The notes under the pieces were generated by a model. It worked only from the letters and a program-made list of their open reading frames with translations. It did not search any database and was not told the origin of the DNA. Below are positions 1 through 12,072 of a stretch of 64,000 nt of DNA, in pieces. The DNA comes from Curvularia clavata (Eukaryota). The position numbers and the translations under genes are program-made. The DNA is taken from positions 3,782,001 through 3,846,000 of the forward strand of contig CP089277.1 in NCBI GenBank assembly GCA_023920165.1, read 5' to 3'. Positions within the stretch are counted from its first letter, which is position 1, and the number at the start of each line of letters is the position of its first letter.

Positions 1-1342
1 TAATGCAAATTTAGTTTCGGGTCCTTGTGATATTGGATGGCTGAGCTGAGATGTAGTAAAATATTTTCTGTGTAAATGGTAGGCTTGAAATCGCAAAACG
101 CAAAGGTTATATACCGAGCTAAGCAGCTCGGGAGCCGATCATAAACTAGCCCTAAGCCATCTTGGATAATGCTATAAAGTTTTGAATGCATCGAAGCATC
201 ATAATCCCATGCATCCCAAACCATAAGAGTTCCAGATTGATTACCACCGTGGATAAGATTTATTATCCTCGTAACATCTGTGATGAACTTACTTTAATGT
301 CGTCCAGCTAACCAGCTTTGCCTTTGTCGGACTTCGAGATGACCCATCCCTCCCACTCTCTTTTCACACCCAGCACGTAGATCATACTCTCTTTACTCAG
401 GTCTTTCGCATTGCTTCGTCACTTATTTCATACAACACGCCCAATTTCGTTCGACACTACATCAAACCATCAATTGCTTTTTTTTAGTTACCCTCGGCTC
501 ACCGCCACCTACGACGTTCCTGAAAAAGCACAAAGCGACATCAAGAATGCCTCACCGCTGGAATGGATGGGAATTTGCATGCAAATGTTGAGAACATGGA
601 TCAGGAGAAACAAATAGCTGGCTTTCTAAGTATAACAATGCCATCTTTCTGGGCAGAAACAGTGTTTCCGACATTCCCATCACTCATTCCCTTTAATTAT
701 AAATCTTCCAAAGTTACAAAATCTCCTCTTAATAACCCTTAACCATGAGAATCCTCGCTCTCCTCGCCCTAGCCGTCTCCAGCACCCACGCTCAATTTCG
801 AACCTGTCCAGGTATCGGATCCGTACGTCTTCGTCACCACAGTCTTGCTGCCACGCCAGTCTAACATTTCCCCCCTTTAACAAAGATTTCTGGTTTCCAA
901 AGCGGAAGTAAAATTGAGGAAGTGTGTCAATGTCCTTCAGGTGTAGGTCTATATCTATCTAGGATTCATAGTAGTATTCGTGCTAAGTTCAGCCAGACGG
1001 AAGAAAAGCGGATCACGACTGTAGTAAGTGTCTTCAGGACTTCTTGCCAGGAAAACTTGACTGACGATAGAAGCATGGTAACAGTGTTGGGTTTGTATGT
1101 GTTTGATGAGAGAAGGCTGGGGAACATGTTGGCCAAAGCATTTCCATGTGTCACGATTTCCACTGGTAATATTCCTGACATGGTCATGATGATAGTGATG
1201 ATAAAAAAGATTTGCTGAGTTGATTGAACAAAATACTATAAACACGAATAATAATCCCTATACAAGCGAAAATTGCCAGGGTTTTCTTTTTCACAACATA
1301 ATCGCAGTCTCATTCCTTCATTCCATTTCATTCGGTCATGTC

Positions 1343-2137
1343 CTAAACGCGGGCAGCGACAAAGGCAGCAGCGGTGGGTGCATCCTGCTCGTAGTTGCTG
1401 TGCTGGGGAGTAAGGATAGCAGTGTTCTCGCAGATGAGGTCGCCCTCGTGGCAGATGATGAGGGTGTTGGCTACGTTGACCAGACCGAACGAGGTGTCGC
1501 GGTCAGCATCGCCGAATGTCACAACGGCGTTGACGCGCGCGGCCTGGGCAGCGGTAAGACGCTGAAGGGCCTTGTGGACGAGCTGGGCACCCTGAGAGTA
1601 GCCGGAGACAACGATCTTGGTTGAGGGGCAGCGAGAGGCAGTCTATGAGAGTCAGTATAAGTTCAGTCAGAAGGTTGTCAGAGTACTTACAGTGTTGATC
1701 AGGTTGAAGAGAGTAGTAGTTCCCTGGGCATCACCACCAGCCAAGAAGCCGAGGACGGTAGCAGGGTAGTTTACACCCTGAATGGCCAAACGGCTGATGC
1801 CTCCAACGCGAGCGGCAATGGCATTGAAGAAGGAAGGACCTTCAGAGCCAGCCTCACCAACGTTTCCGGCACCGTTCGTACCACGGGCGTAGAGGACTGA
1901 GATGGGGCGGCAGGCGGTGCCGTCTGTGAGCTGGTTGTATGTGTCGCCGTTGTACTGGCGCTTGGTGAGATCACGCTCCTCGACGCTCTCGCCCTCGATC
2001 AGAGCAATGTATTCTGGGATGGTGAGGCCGCTGGCGAGAACATCGTGAAGATCAATGTTCTTGGATTGTGTTGGGGCGGCGAGGGTAGTTGAAACAAGAG
2101 CCGCCAAGGCGAGGAGAGAACGAGCACAAGCCTTCAT
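1343..2137 (-). CDS. Secreted cutinase (CE5); 2 exons (2137-1691, 1642-1343)
   Basis: Signal peptide MKACARSLLALAALVSTTLA and a propeptide ending KR. Motif YARGT in exon 1. After the GTAAGT...TAG intron (1690-1643) the frame reads CPSTKIVVSGYSQGAQ (GYSQG nucleophile), CHEGDLIC and PQHSNY (catalytic Asp/His). Confidence 0.95.
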
Positions 2138-3625
2138 CTTGAACGATATGTGATAGCAGCAGAGATGAGCGAATGGAAGCTGTTGTGAGATGGGAAGAAG
2201 AACTGATGAGCTGGCTGTGATGGTTCAAGATTGACTGCGCTGTGTCTTGCCTTTTGTACTTGGAGCCAGCCCTGTCTGCCATGGCAGATGTCCCATTGCT
2301 GTTGTCAACGTTCTCTTACGCTAACCGGAGTTTTTCCAGATACGTCTACATTTAGTGTTGCCAAATCTTAGCTACATGAATGAACTGCTATTACAGTCCT
2401 CATGTCCGTTAATGCACACAAGCGCCCTGGTCACTAAAGCCACAGACGCCCAATGGTTAGCGTAGTCGGCCTCACGTTGGCCAGTGGTTGTTCACTTGAT
2501 CTCGGCCATGTATATTGATGTGCAGGACGGCGCCCTGGCTCTTTTTGGTGGGTTCCTGCTTCGGGATTTGTCGCAAGGATTAAGTGATGCCAAACGCTTG
2601 ACCTTCTTGTTCGCGTTAGCTAACCCCAGGAACCGCCTACACGTGCGTGTGTAAGGCATGTCAAGACAAAACAAAGCAAGAAACAGGCTGGAGGGCTGAG
2701 AATAAGCGGAGCGAAATGTGGAAATTGGGCTACTCCGCCATTCGTCGGGCCGAGATGGTAGAGGTCATGCGTGGCGCAACGATGTGATGCGTGTAGTCGA
2801 ACGAAATTGAGAATTTCACTGTTAGGGCTGTACTAGGTAAATTGTCGTTATTATTTTTCGAGTGTGAAAATCACAAAGACAGCCTCGCAGGTTACAGACA
2901 CAAATTGTTACCTGGCAAATACTTCAAGAGTTGTCTTGTTGTACAAGTATATTAAGCGCCTGACGTCATTACGTGAGCTTTGACACCTTCCTCTTTCCAC
3001 GTGGTTAAAGTGGCCCGCCTCTTTCTTCAGACGAAAGGCGGATCCAATCAGCCCGTCAAGCGGGGGCCACGCTTTATGCCGTTGTCTAACTTCCTGGAGA
3101 AATGCCTACAATTGGCTCCGATGCAGTCATGCTCCCTAACCAGCATAAAGATGACAGCGCTTATTCCCGCGACAAGGCTAATCTCGCTAGCAACCGCTTG
3201 GGGGCGGACATGGTGTAGCACTCGATGTTGTTTTTGAGTCTGGCAGACAGGAACACAAGTCAACACGCACTCCGTCAACTCCTAGGGCGTATCTCGGCAG
3301 TTACGGAGAGAGCCGTATCGTGTAGCCGTTGCCAAGCAAAGAATCCAGCAGAGGCTACAACTAGTTGCACCGTGTCTCCATTTGGCGTCTTGGTAGCCTT
3401 ACCAGCTTCCCCTTACAATACTGATCTGCACGCTTCCCCGCCATCGAGACAAAACTCGCATCTCATCGATTACGATATCTTGTGCAGTGACGCGAAGATA
3501 TGGCGATACCGGAGTCTGGTGAACTTGCGAAGGAGGAGAATGGCCACACTGACGAGATATAAACCGTACGGTGGAAATGATAATGGACTATCGAATTGAC
3601 AGGGCTGTGTCGCTTCTCCCTCAGT

Positions 3626-5077
3626 ATGTGGTCAGCCTCAATCGTAGCCGTCTTCGCGGCCACTCTCTTCCAAGCCGCCGTCTCCACTCCTATCCACCCC
3701 CGCCATCGCCATCAATTTCCCAGCACCGAGCAATGGCCCGCACCAGTAGTAGGCAAGCCACTGGAGCAGCAGATGCCCGGTGAAGAGCTCCAGGACATCA
3801 TCTCGCAGATATCCCGCGACAACATCGAAGCCACGATTCGGAAGCTTGCTTCATTCGGCACACGCCATACTTTGTCAAGCCAGACAGACCCGAACCGAGG
3901 CATCGGAGCCGCAAGGACATGGCTGACAGAAAAATTCCAAGAGGCAGCTGATGCAAGTGAGGGGAGAATGACCGTGGACTGGAACAGTTTTATCAAATAT
4001 CCTGGTGACAATGAGCGAATTCTTTTTCCCGTCAACATCACAACCGTGGTTGCAACATTGAGGGGGACCGAGGATCCAGACAGATACTATGTCACTGGCG
4101 GGCATTACGATTCGCGAAACAGTGACCCTGTCGACTACCAAGGAGATGCTCCCGGTGCTGTCGACGACGCGTCTGGGGTTGCCGTGTCTCTGGAGCTCGC
4201 CCGCATCTTTGCGCACTACAAGCCGCGGTCGACGATTGTGTTCACTGCCTTTGCCGGCGAAGAGCAGGGACTCCTCGGTGCAGAGAACCTAGCCCAAACC
4301 TACAAGAATGCGTCCATCAATGTAGCTGGGATGGTTAACTTAGATATGGTCGGAAATTCCAAGGCTGAGGACGGCACTGTAGACCCCTACAACATCCGTC
4401 TCTTCTGCGAAGGCACGCCACTGACCGAGAACGCCACGATTCAGAAATCGCGTCTGAGCATTGGCGGGGAAAACGATAGTCCAGCGCGCAACCTAGGGCG
4501 GCACATTTACGAAGTAGCGTCCAACGCCTTCACCGAGATGACCGTCCGCCTCATCTACCGCCTCGATCGGTACAGCCGCGGCGGCGACCACCGCCCATTC
4601 CTCGAAGCCGGTTACACAGGCGTGCGTTTCGTCCAGCCAAACGAAGACTATACGCAACAGCACCAAAATGTCACCGTGCGCAACGGCAAGCAGTACGGCG
4701 ACCTGGTCGAGTGGCTCGACTTCGATTATAACGCGCGGGCTGCCAAAGTCGTGGCAAGTACCATGTGGAGTCTAGCTAATGCTGCAGGCATACCTACAAG
4801 CGTTGGTATCAACACGACTTCCTCTGATAATTTCAGTCAGTTTCGCTGGACAGCACCCAAGGGTTTGCCTGTTGAAGGGTACGAGATTGTGTATCGCGAT
4901 ACGATTTCACCGCACTGGACGAATGTCATTGAGGTGGGGAACGTGACGTGGTATAATCTTACCTCGGCCACGATTCATAAAGATAATGTGGTTTTTGGAG
5001 TCAGGAGTGTCGCGAAAGGTGGGTATAAAAGCCCTGCGGCTCTACCATTTCCCTTTGGCTGCTCGAGGAACTGTTGA
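3626..5077 (+). CDS. Secreted M28-family zinc metalloprotease with a C-terminal fibronectin-III-like domain; intronless
   Basis: First ATG at 3626 followed by a signal peptide. Metal ligand motifs [27 protein letters not shown] and GGDH. Beta-rich C-terminus (FRWTAP...GYEIVYR...FGVRSV). Confidence 0.92.
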   Translation: MWSASIVAVFAATLFQAAVSTPIHPRHRHQFPSTEQWPAPVVGKPLEQQMPGEELQDIISQISRDNIEATIRKLASFGTRHTLSSQTDPNRGIGAARTWLTEKFQEAADASEGRMTVDWNSFIKYPGDNERILFPVNITTVVATLRGTEDPDRYYVTGGHYDSRNSDPVDYQGDAPGAVDDASGVAVSLELARIFAHYKPRSTIVFTAFAGEEQGLLGAENLAQTYKNASINVAGMVNLDMVGNSKAEDGTVDPYNIRLFCEGTPLTENATIQKSRLSIGGENDSPARNLGRHIYEVASNAFTEMTVRLIYRLDRYSRGGDHRPFLEAGYTGVRFVQPNEDYTQQHQNVTVRNGKQYGDLVEWLDFDYNARAAKVVASTMWSLANAAGIPTSVGINTTSSDNFSQFRWTAPKGLPVEGYEIVYRDTISPHWTNVIEVGNVTWYNLTSATIHKDNVVFGVRSVAKGGYKSPAALPFPFGCSRNC

Positions 5078-6081
5078 GGTGTGAAGCAATGCACTTTGAC
5101 TTGCAACTGATTTAGCCCAACCGGGAACTTTGCAAGTTTTGTAAAAAAGTGTATCCAGTTGGATATATAAACACCGGATTAATCTGCATTAGCATTAGCG
5201 TTAGCAAACCGAGCATATTAGATATTCAACGCCCAATTTTCCGTTCCATCGCTCTACTCGAGACGTAAACGCCGTCAGTTGAAGAAATATTCTGTTTTAG
5301 CTCCGAAAAATACTTCTTTACCCAATCTGGCTAGGTTTTCGATAGTTATTTTCAGAGCTGGAGATGGGGATTTACAAAGTAAAAACTGGCACATAGGCTT
5401 ATTCGCCTATAAGGAAGTGGGTCAGTGGCATGGGTAGTAGATGTTCCTTTCGTTTTTTGAAAAAGGAAGTTGTGGTATTGAAAATGCGACGAGTAAAAGA
5501 AGACCATGTCTCTGTAGAGAAGGGCCTCGGATACATACACGAAGATAGAGTGCTGCGAAAATTATGAGCCAATAGGGTCCGTAAGTATGCGCTTCGTTCA
5601 GTCGTTGGTATGTTTACCTGGAATGCTGGATTGTAAGATCCTATATAATTTAGAAAGTAAAGTGCATAATCGCGTGGCGTGGCGATTACAAGCAGATGTT
5701 AGTGTGATAGAAGTCGCAGATATAATAAGAGCAGAGAGGAGGATAATGTTAGCAATAGAGTGGAAGCAAGTTGATGCTTTAATTTGCAGTACACTCCGGC
5801 AAAAGCCTGCGTAAACATAAACGCAAAAGCTCGTGTAGAAATAAAAGCAACAACATCTTGTCAATACCAAGACGAGACACTCCGCAAAGTTTCTTGTAAG
5901 TGGTGATGAACTGCTCCCTCGGGTACCCTGCGAAGCGCGTCTTGGAAAATGATTGACGTTATCCATAAGATTGGGGTTAACAGGGCAGTCCTGGGGTGTT
6001 TCAATAACGAAACTATTATACTATCCCAGATAGATGGTCACTAATTGTTGTGAGGTTGACGAAACATATCGTGGTGCAGTC

Positions 6082-6103
6082 CACGTGACCAGCGCCACGT
6101 GAC
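6082..6103. promoter_or_regulatory. Two tandem CACGTGAC E-boxes (Cbf1/bHLH-type GTCACGTG on the minus strand)
   Basis: CACGTGAC at 6082-6089 and 6096-6103. Function is not demonstrable from sequence alone. Confidence 0.3.
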
Positions 6104-7815
6104 ATACCGAAGCACGTAAGAGAACACGACACAAAGCATGCAATCAGCAAAGGATTCAAGGCATGGGCTCTAAGAATAACCCAGCGACGGAACGGTAGGG
6201 CCGATCCCGGAATGCCGTGTCCGCTCTCCGCATTCGCATCGACGGTAGACACGGTCACGGTGGTGGTCGGCGCAGCACAGACAGGACCGTTTTGACCCCT
6301 GCGTCTCCCTTGGACGTCTCGTCTCAAGCAAAGTCGAGGCCGGCAAGAGCGTCTAGCACGGCATGCGTCGGGCAAGCGTCCCATCCAGCAGCTAGCTTGG
6401 CGTGCATAGCTCGATGAGCGGTTTGGCGCAGGCGTGCAGGGCAGAGTGCAGTGGCACAGGGAGCTGGACCAGTCGTTCCTCGTGCATGCTTCGTCCCGCG
6501 GCATCCATGTCTCGACGAGTTGAAGCGGGCCCCGGAAAGCGGGAGAGGGCCTATGAAGTGGCTTGTTCTTTTTTTCTCATCATGCGTGGTGGGTTAACAA
6601 CTCATCGGCTCGTTTGTGCAAATGCAAGACGCAAGACAGCGGTGCCTCTGAGAGTGTTTTCCTTGTTTTGGAGGAGCAGGAGGAAGAGGGACAGGCTGCC
6701 GTGGACCGGTGAGGTGTGCGAGTGGGGAGTGGCTAGTCTGTGGGCGAGGCGAGTGGGTGGTGGAAGAAGAAGAAAAGACTGGAGATGAGATGGGTCGGTG
6801 TGGATGAAGGTGGTGTGGTGTGCATGGCGGCTTCAGGGTCTAGTCCATGCTGCTAAGACGAGTGGCCTTCTGCTACCATGCAGAATGAAATGGCGAGAGC
6901 CACACACACACGTGCATGCGCTGGCGGTGAGAAAGGTCGGAGGGGTGGGTGTGGTGTGGTGTTGGTGCGTATGCGTGTGCGTGAAAGAACGTCGGTGCAT
7001 ATGCCATGGTCTATCCATAGAATACATATCTAAGTAAGTGTGCCATCCCGTGCCCTTGGCCATTGTCGTCTTTTCCTCGTCGTGCTGCTTTTCGCCTCCC
7101 CCTTACTGTACCGGTTGTGTGGTCGGCGTACTCGGGCCCACGGCAGCACATCGCCATCACGTCGCCGTGCCGCATTCTCGTCCCAGACGCCGCCTCGTCC
7201 CTGATCCCGCCCCAATTTCCCATCCACAAAAGCCGGGGTCTTCTCTTCTGCCTCGTCTGGGCCCGCAGGGATCTGCACCATCCGCCGCCGCCTGCCATAA
7301 GACGCTGCAACCCTTTTTTTTTTTGCTGCGCCCTGGATTTGTACACATACACACACACCGCACAGTACAGCATTCACTCCGCCCCGACTCTCGTCCGCCT
7401 CGCAAACGCATACGCAAGGGCTGCCTGGGCAAAAGTCACCTGGGAGCTGTCAGGTACCCGGGGCACACGCTTACCACGAAGCGTCTGACACTAGTGGGAG
7501 AGCTAGACAGGCGCAGAAACGTGGGTAGGCAGAGAGGCAAAACAGCGGTCACGCCCGAGGTCAGCATACACACAGAACGTCCTCACCCGCTCCTCGACGC
7601 CCCATCTTCTACCGAGAAACCCAGTCAGGCCAGCATAGAAGGCGCGGCTGAACAGGTCACGCCTCTGCAACCACAGCACCAACACTTCCGCCTTGCTTGC
7701 TTGCTCGCTCGCCTCCCTTTCCTCACACATATACGGGCGACATACGTACGCCACACATTCACGGCACAACACCGCTCCCGACTCTCTCACACCCTCAACT
7801 ACAACTCTACCCAAC

Positions 7816-8778
7816 ATGCACCGCAAAAACCCCATCAGCGTGCTCGTTTACAACACGCTCTTCCCCACACCTTCTCCAACCGACCCGCCCTCCTTCTCCG
7901 CCCACCTCTCCAAGAACCTTGTCGGCGAAGTCCGCATCGAAACCGCAAACTTCTACGGCTCCCTCGACACAATAGAGGCCCGCTACCCTGGTCTCAACTA
8001 TGCCTTCCAGCCCCACAGAAAACGACTCGGCCGGTTCCCCCACCACAAGCGCCTCTTTGAGGCTTTTGACAAGCTGGGCCTGACCGAGGCCGAGATCCAG
8101 GGCTTCTGCCGGTGGGAAGGCACCCTCTGGGCGCGAGAGCGATACGAGCGCGACGAAGGCGTACGAGTAGTCGACACAACAGGCGTAGAGATTGGCGCCT
8201 GGGTAGACCGACGATCACGTTTCTCGCGAAGAGGACCAGGCATCAACATCAAGACAGACATTGAGGTAGAAATCGAGGAATTGCAGCACCAGCGCAACGA
8301 CGCCAACGGCCAGCCATTGTCAAATACAACCACTGCCTCGCGGCCTCTTGCACAGCACGACACCGAAATGCCCGATTCGCCAACCACCTCGACCTCGTCT
8401 CACGGCGGCCACTCAGACGACGAAAACGACCAAGACTCGTCCTCTTCGGAAGAAGAAGACGAAGAACTGCCCCACCTCAGCTCCTCCATCGGATTCTCCC
8501 TCAACGCCCGCCTCCTCCACGCCGCCGCCCTGCGCGAATCCAGCACCGCCGCGGGATCCTCGCCTGCCTCCGCCCTCTCCAACATCCCCATGGACCCCGA
8601 GTGGGAGCAATACCTCAAGGAAGCTTCTGAGCGCGGCGAGCTCAACATCGACGCTACACGCGAGGCCCTCCGAAATATGGCAGGGCAGATTGCCCAGCTG
8701 CATCAGAGCAGCGTCGACACCCAGGGCACAGAGGCCGTCACTCAGACATTCCAGCAACCGCCTGCGCCCTTGGCTTAG
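7816..8778 (+). CDS. Hypothetical protein, probably conserved in fungi (globular N-terminal region, acidic/Ser-rich middle)
   Basis: ATG in CAACATG context and a strongly C-ending codon bias. Protein-like N-terminus (EVRIETANFYG...EARYPGLNY...FCRWEGT). No function recognised. Confidence 0.8.
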   Translation: MHRKNPISVLVYNTLFPTPSPTDPPSFSAHLSKNLVGEVRIETANFYGSLDTIEARYPGLNYAFQPHRKRLGRFPHHKRLFEAFDKLGLTEAEIQGFCRWEGTLWARERYERDEGVRVVDTTGVEIGAWVDRRSRFSRRGPGINIKTDIEVEIEELQHQRNDANGQPLSNTTTASRPLAQHDTEMPDSPTTSTSSHGGHSDDENDQDSSSSEEEDEELPHLSSSIGFSLNARLLHAAALRESSTAAGSSPASALSNIPMDPEWEQYLKEASERGELNIDATREALRNMAGQIAQLHQSSVDTQGTEAVTQTFQQPPAPLA

Positions 8779-10046
8779 CATGTCCCTGGCGCTACGAGCA
8801 CTTGGTTTGACGACCAAGGCGCTGTCTCGGATGCCATTCTCTTCATGTTTGTATGAACTGATGGTGAAAGATGAGAAGATAGCAGGGAGAGATTTTTGTT
8901 GTGTCAGCAACAACGCTTGTTCTCTGGCAAGGAGAGGGGGAATTGCTACTCGACAACTGTTTTTTCTACTGTTGTTGCTGAGGATGGATTTTTCTGATTC
9001 ATGGAAGGCGATTTTTATCGCTATTCTGAGCGTCCCCTTCTTCTTTTCTTCGGCCTTTTTCTTCTTATCCACCTTGCACGACTTTTTCTTTATTCTTTAC
9101 CCATACGTCCATCCCACACTCCCACTCCCCTTTTTTCCCGCGTCCCTGATCTTGAGAGCTTGTGTTTTTGGCGAGCTCAAGTGCACTTGCATAGCGTTTT
9201 TTTCCCCTGTCTTTCATAACTATTCTGTTTTCCACATTGTCTGTCGGTATGTGTTCAATTATACTCTTCTCGAGAATAGAGAAAGAGAGAGCGGCGTCTC
9301 TGTCTTGTTTGGTAAAGGTGTCTCTGTGTTTTTCCTTTTCCCTCAGCTTCAGCGAGAGATGCAGCAGGAGAATGAAAGACGGCGCGGGATGTGTATCACA
9401 TGGCCCATTTCGCGAGATATCCCCCCCTTGTGTTTTTTTTTCTTTTGCTTGGGATGGGTGTAACGAGTGGGAGTTTTCATACTGTGGGTTCGTCCTCTTT
9501 TTAACACTGTTTGCGTGCGTCTGTTTTGAACAATATAGATTTCTGTGCGAATGCCCCCCTCTTCTTCTTTTTTTGGATGAGCTATGAGTGTGGGATGTGG
9601 GATGTGGGAATACACTGGGAATGTGCTTCTTTTCTGGGCATGGGGTGTGGACTTGGGCAATATAGCATAATGCAATTGGGATTGAACGTTTACACAACTT
9701 ATGCACTAAGGAGTTTTTTTGATCGTGATGTCGTGGGTTTCATTATGTTTCGTTATGCTTTTCCTACTTGAAAGAGGAGTACCTACTCCACGCATCGCCT
9801 GAGAGGTCGTTGTGCTTACAAAGCCCTCCTCTTAGTTTACCCGACCTCGTCTATACCGGTTGGCTTGTTGGAGCATATGCTAACTGCTCAGCTTTCTGAG
9901 CAATGCTCATCAGGCGTAATAGGCTCTAATAATGCTCCTACAGCCATCTTCTCCTGAGTAATATACCTCGACATGCTGCTTATCCTTCTCCACGTATATC
10001 CCCGCCAGAGACCTAACCGCGCACTCATCTCTTCAGTTCACGCAAT

Positions 10047-10900
10047 TTACCTCCGTCCCAAGTTTGCAAATCCAAACCCTCCAGCCCCACGCTTACTACT
10101 CCTCGTCGCCCTGCCACTTCCGCCCTCATCATCAATCTCCATCGCATCATCGCCCATAAGATTCCTTTTGCCACTATTCTTCTCATCACTCGCCTGCATC
10201 GCCGCTTCAAACGCACGCTCCTTCTTCCTCCTCAGCTTCTCCCGATCCACCGCCTCCTGCCTGACCTTGGCAACCTGCGTTTCCAGCTCTGCGAGCGCAG
10301 CGTCGCACCGCTGAGACCACGATTGCAGTGTGTTCTGCAACGCGGGCAGGGATCCGGGTGAGAGATCACGCAATGGTGAGATGGAGGTTACGGAGACGAG
10401 AGAGTGGGCGGGGTCGAGGGTGGCGGTTATTAGGCCGGCGTAGATGGCCGTGGTAATGAGTTCTTCAAGGCTTCGTGGCGTGGGGAGCTCCAGAGCGTCC
10501 ATGAGGTGTTTGTATGTGAGGGTCGTGTGCGAGTGTGAGAGGGGGAGTAAGGATAGGAGCAGGAGCTTCTGGTGCTGCTGTGCTGAGAGCTTTGGGAGAT
10601 TGGAATGTGCTATGGATAGTCAGTTTGAGTAGGCCATGTTTGTACAGCAGTGATTGACGCACCCTTGTAATCAGCCCATGTTCCCCAGGCAAAGATCTCG
10701 AGCAACGTGAGATACGGGGCATGTTCCTCTGATGTCCGCAGGTTCTGGATGTTGGGGGTTTGCAGCAGCTCCGCGAAGACGTAAGTGTTTGGGGCACTGG
10801 TGGCTTGTACGATCAAGTCCGATGCTGCTCGTGGAGATGTGGCGGACTTGCTGAGGGCGAGGAAGGGCTCGAGAGCGTTGAGGGCTTTTGTTTGTTCCAT
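10047..10900 (-). CDS. csn7: COP9 signalosome subunit 7 (PCI domain); exons 10900-10663 and 10609-10047
   Basis: MEQTKALNALEPFLALSKSA...PNTYVFAELL...LEIFAWGTWADY. The intron GTGCGT...TAG joins in frame to KLLLLSLL...LEELITTAIYAGLI...RD. Confidence 0.9.
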
Positions 10901-11279
10901 GACGAGCGAGTCGCGGTATTAGGACTATCTGGAGCTGGAGATGATGGGTTGGTGTCCAAGTAGCTCACGAATCTAGTGAGGTACTACGTACTGTACATGC
11001 CTACTAGGCAGTCGCGGTCGCGATTTCCCCGCCAAACGGTCGCCTGCCCCACTTGTGCCTCAATGGCAACGCCTCGTCACAGACAGCAAGCCCTGGGAAA
11101 AGCCTCGAGATTCCTTTTTCTTCCAAGTCCGTCTCGGCCGACCGAATGCAGCGCTTTGTTCCTTTTGCTAAGAAAAAATAACTCCACAATGTGATCCGCT
11201 GCGCAGGCGTCCAATTTGCTCTTCAGCACGGGCACGCCAGGAATCCTTCACATCACTGCCACAATATTGGGTCTGCAGG

Positions 11280-11319
11280 TACTCAGCAGGCACTACTCAG
11301 CAGGCACTACTCAGCAGGC
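11280..11319. repeat. 14-bp tandem repeat TACTCAGCAGGCAC, about 2.9 copies
   Basis: Units start at 11280, 11294 and 11308, within the csn7/ccc2 divergent intergenic region. Confidence 0.9.
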
Positions 11320-12072
11320 TCGCATCAGCCTCGGATAACGTGAACATGGTGATTCAGAAGCAACTGTAGCGCGTCGAATCATGACTGCATCCCTCCAGCT
11401 GGCTCCTATGGAATCTCGACAAGAATCCGAGGCTTCCCCTGTCGCACCTCAGCATCATCTTACGCACATGTTTCAGTACGCCAAGCAGAAACACTATCGC
11501 CTGTGGAGCCCTGTCGCTCAACGGGAGCTGGCGCTGTTACAAGCAGCGGCCTGTTCGCATTTCATGTTGATAATCAAGCCGCAATTCCTTTATTTGCTTC
11601 TGGTCACCACCTGTTCCTTGCGTTACAAAGCGCACGCTTTGCTGACAGCTTGACGTGCCTCAGCGCCAGCAGCCAGGTTGCCAATCACCCGTTTTTGGGA
11701 CCGCTCTAACTAGCTCGAGACATCCCGCCGCGCCGGACTTTATTCAGCACCGGTAAGATTGTGGCTGTCGCTGTCCGCTTATCCAGCGCCATATTAATTA
11801 ATAGAGGTTCCGCCTGACACCACCAGAAGCTGGGCTTCTTTTTTTGTTCTTGTTCGCGTTCGTTGTAGTTCTTCCCCGAGCGCTTCCGCCAGGTCCGCTT
11901 TTGCGACGTTGTCGCAACCCAACGCGTACTTCGCCCTTCATCTCGCCACGTCGTACGAGCCGCGCTCGCCCCTTACCTGCCACATTGGATACTGCATTAT
12001 ACCCAGCATCTGCAGTCTCGGCGTAACAATATCATTTTAGCTGGGCGACACCTGGAGCGCCCACCAGTCACC

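Noticed and set aside
7038..8060. 340-codon plus-strand ORF overlapping the hypothetical gene
   Set aside because: It starts at GTG, has no ATG upstream of the real gene, has low-complexity composition and overlaps a better CDS in another frame.
8348..9706. Long ORFs on both strands (8348-9463 +, 8413-9072 -, 9065-9706 -)
   Set aside because: They are alternative-frame or antisense readings of the CDS end and T-rich 3' UTR, with no recognisable motifs.
11215..11222. TTTGCTC resembling a Mac1 copper-response element upstream of ccc2
   Set aside because: It is a single copy and the following base (T) does not fit TTTGC(T/G)C(A/G).
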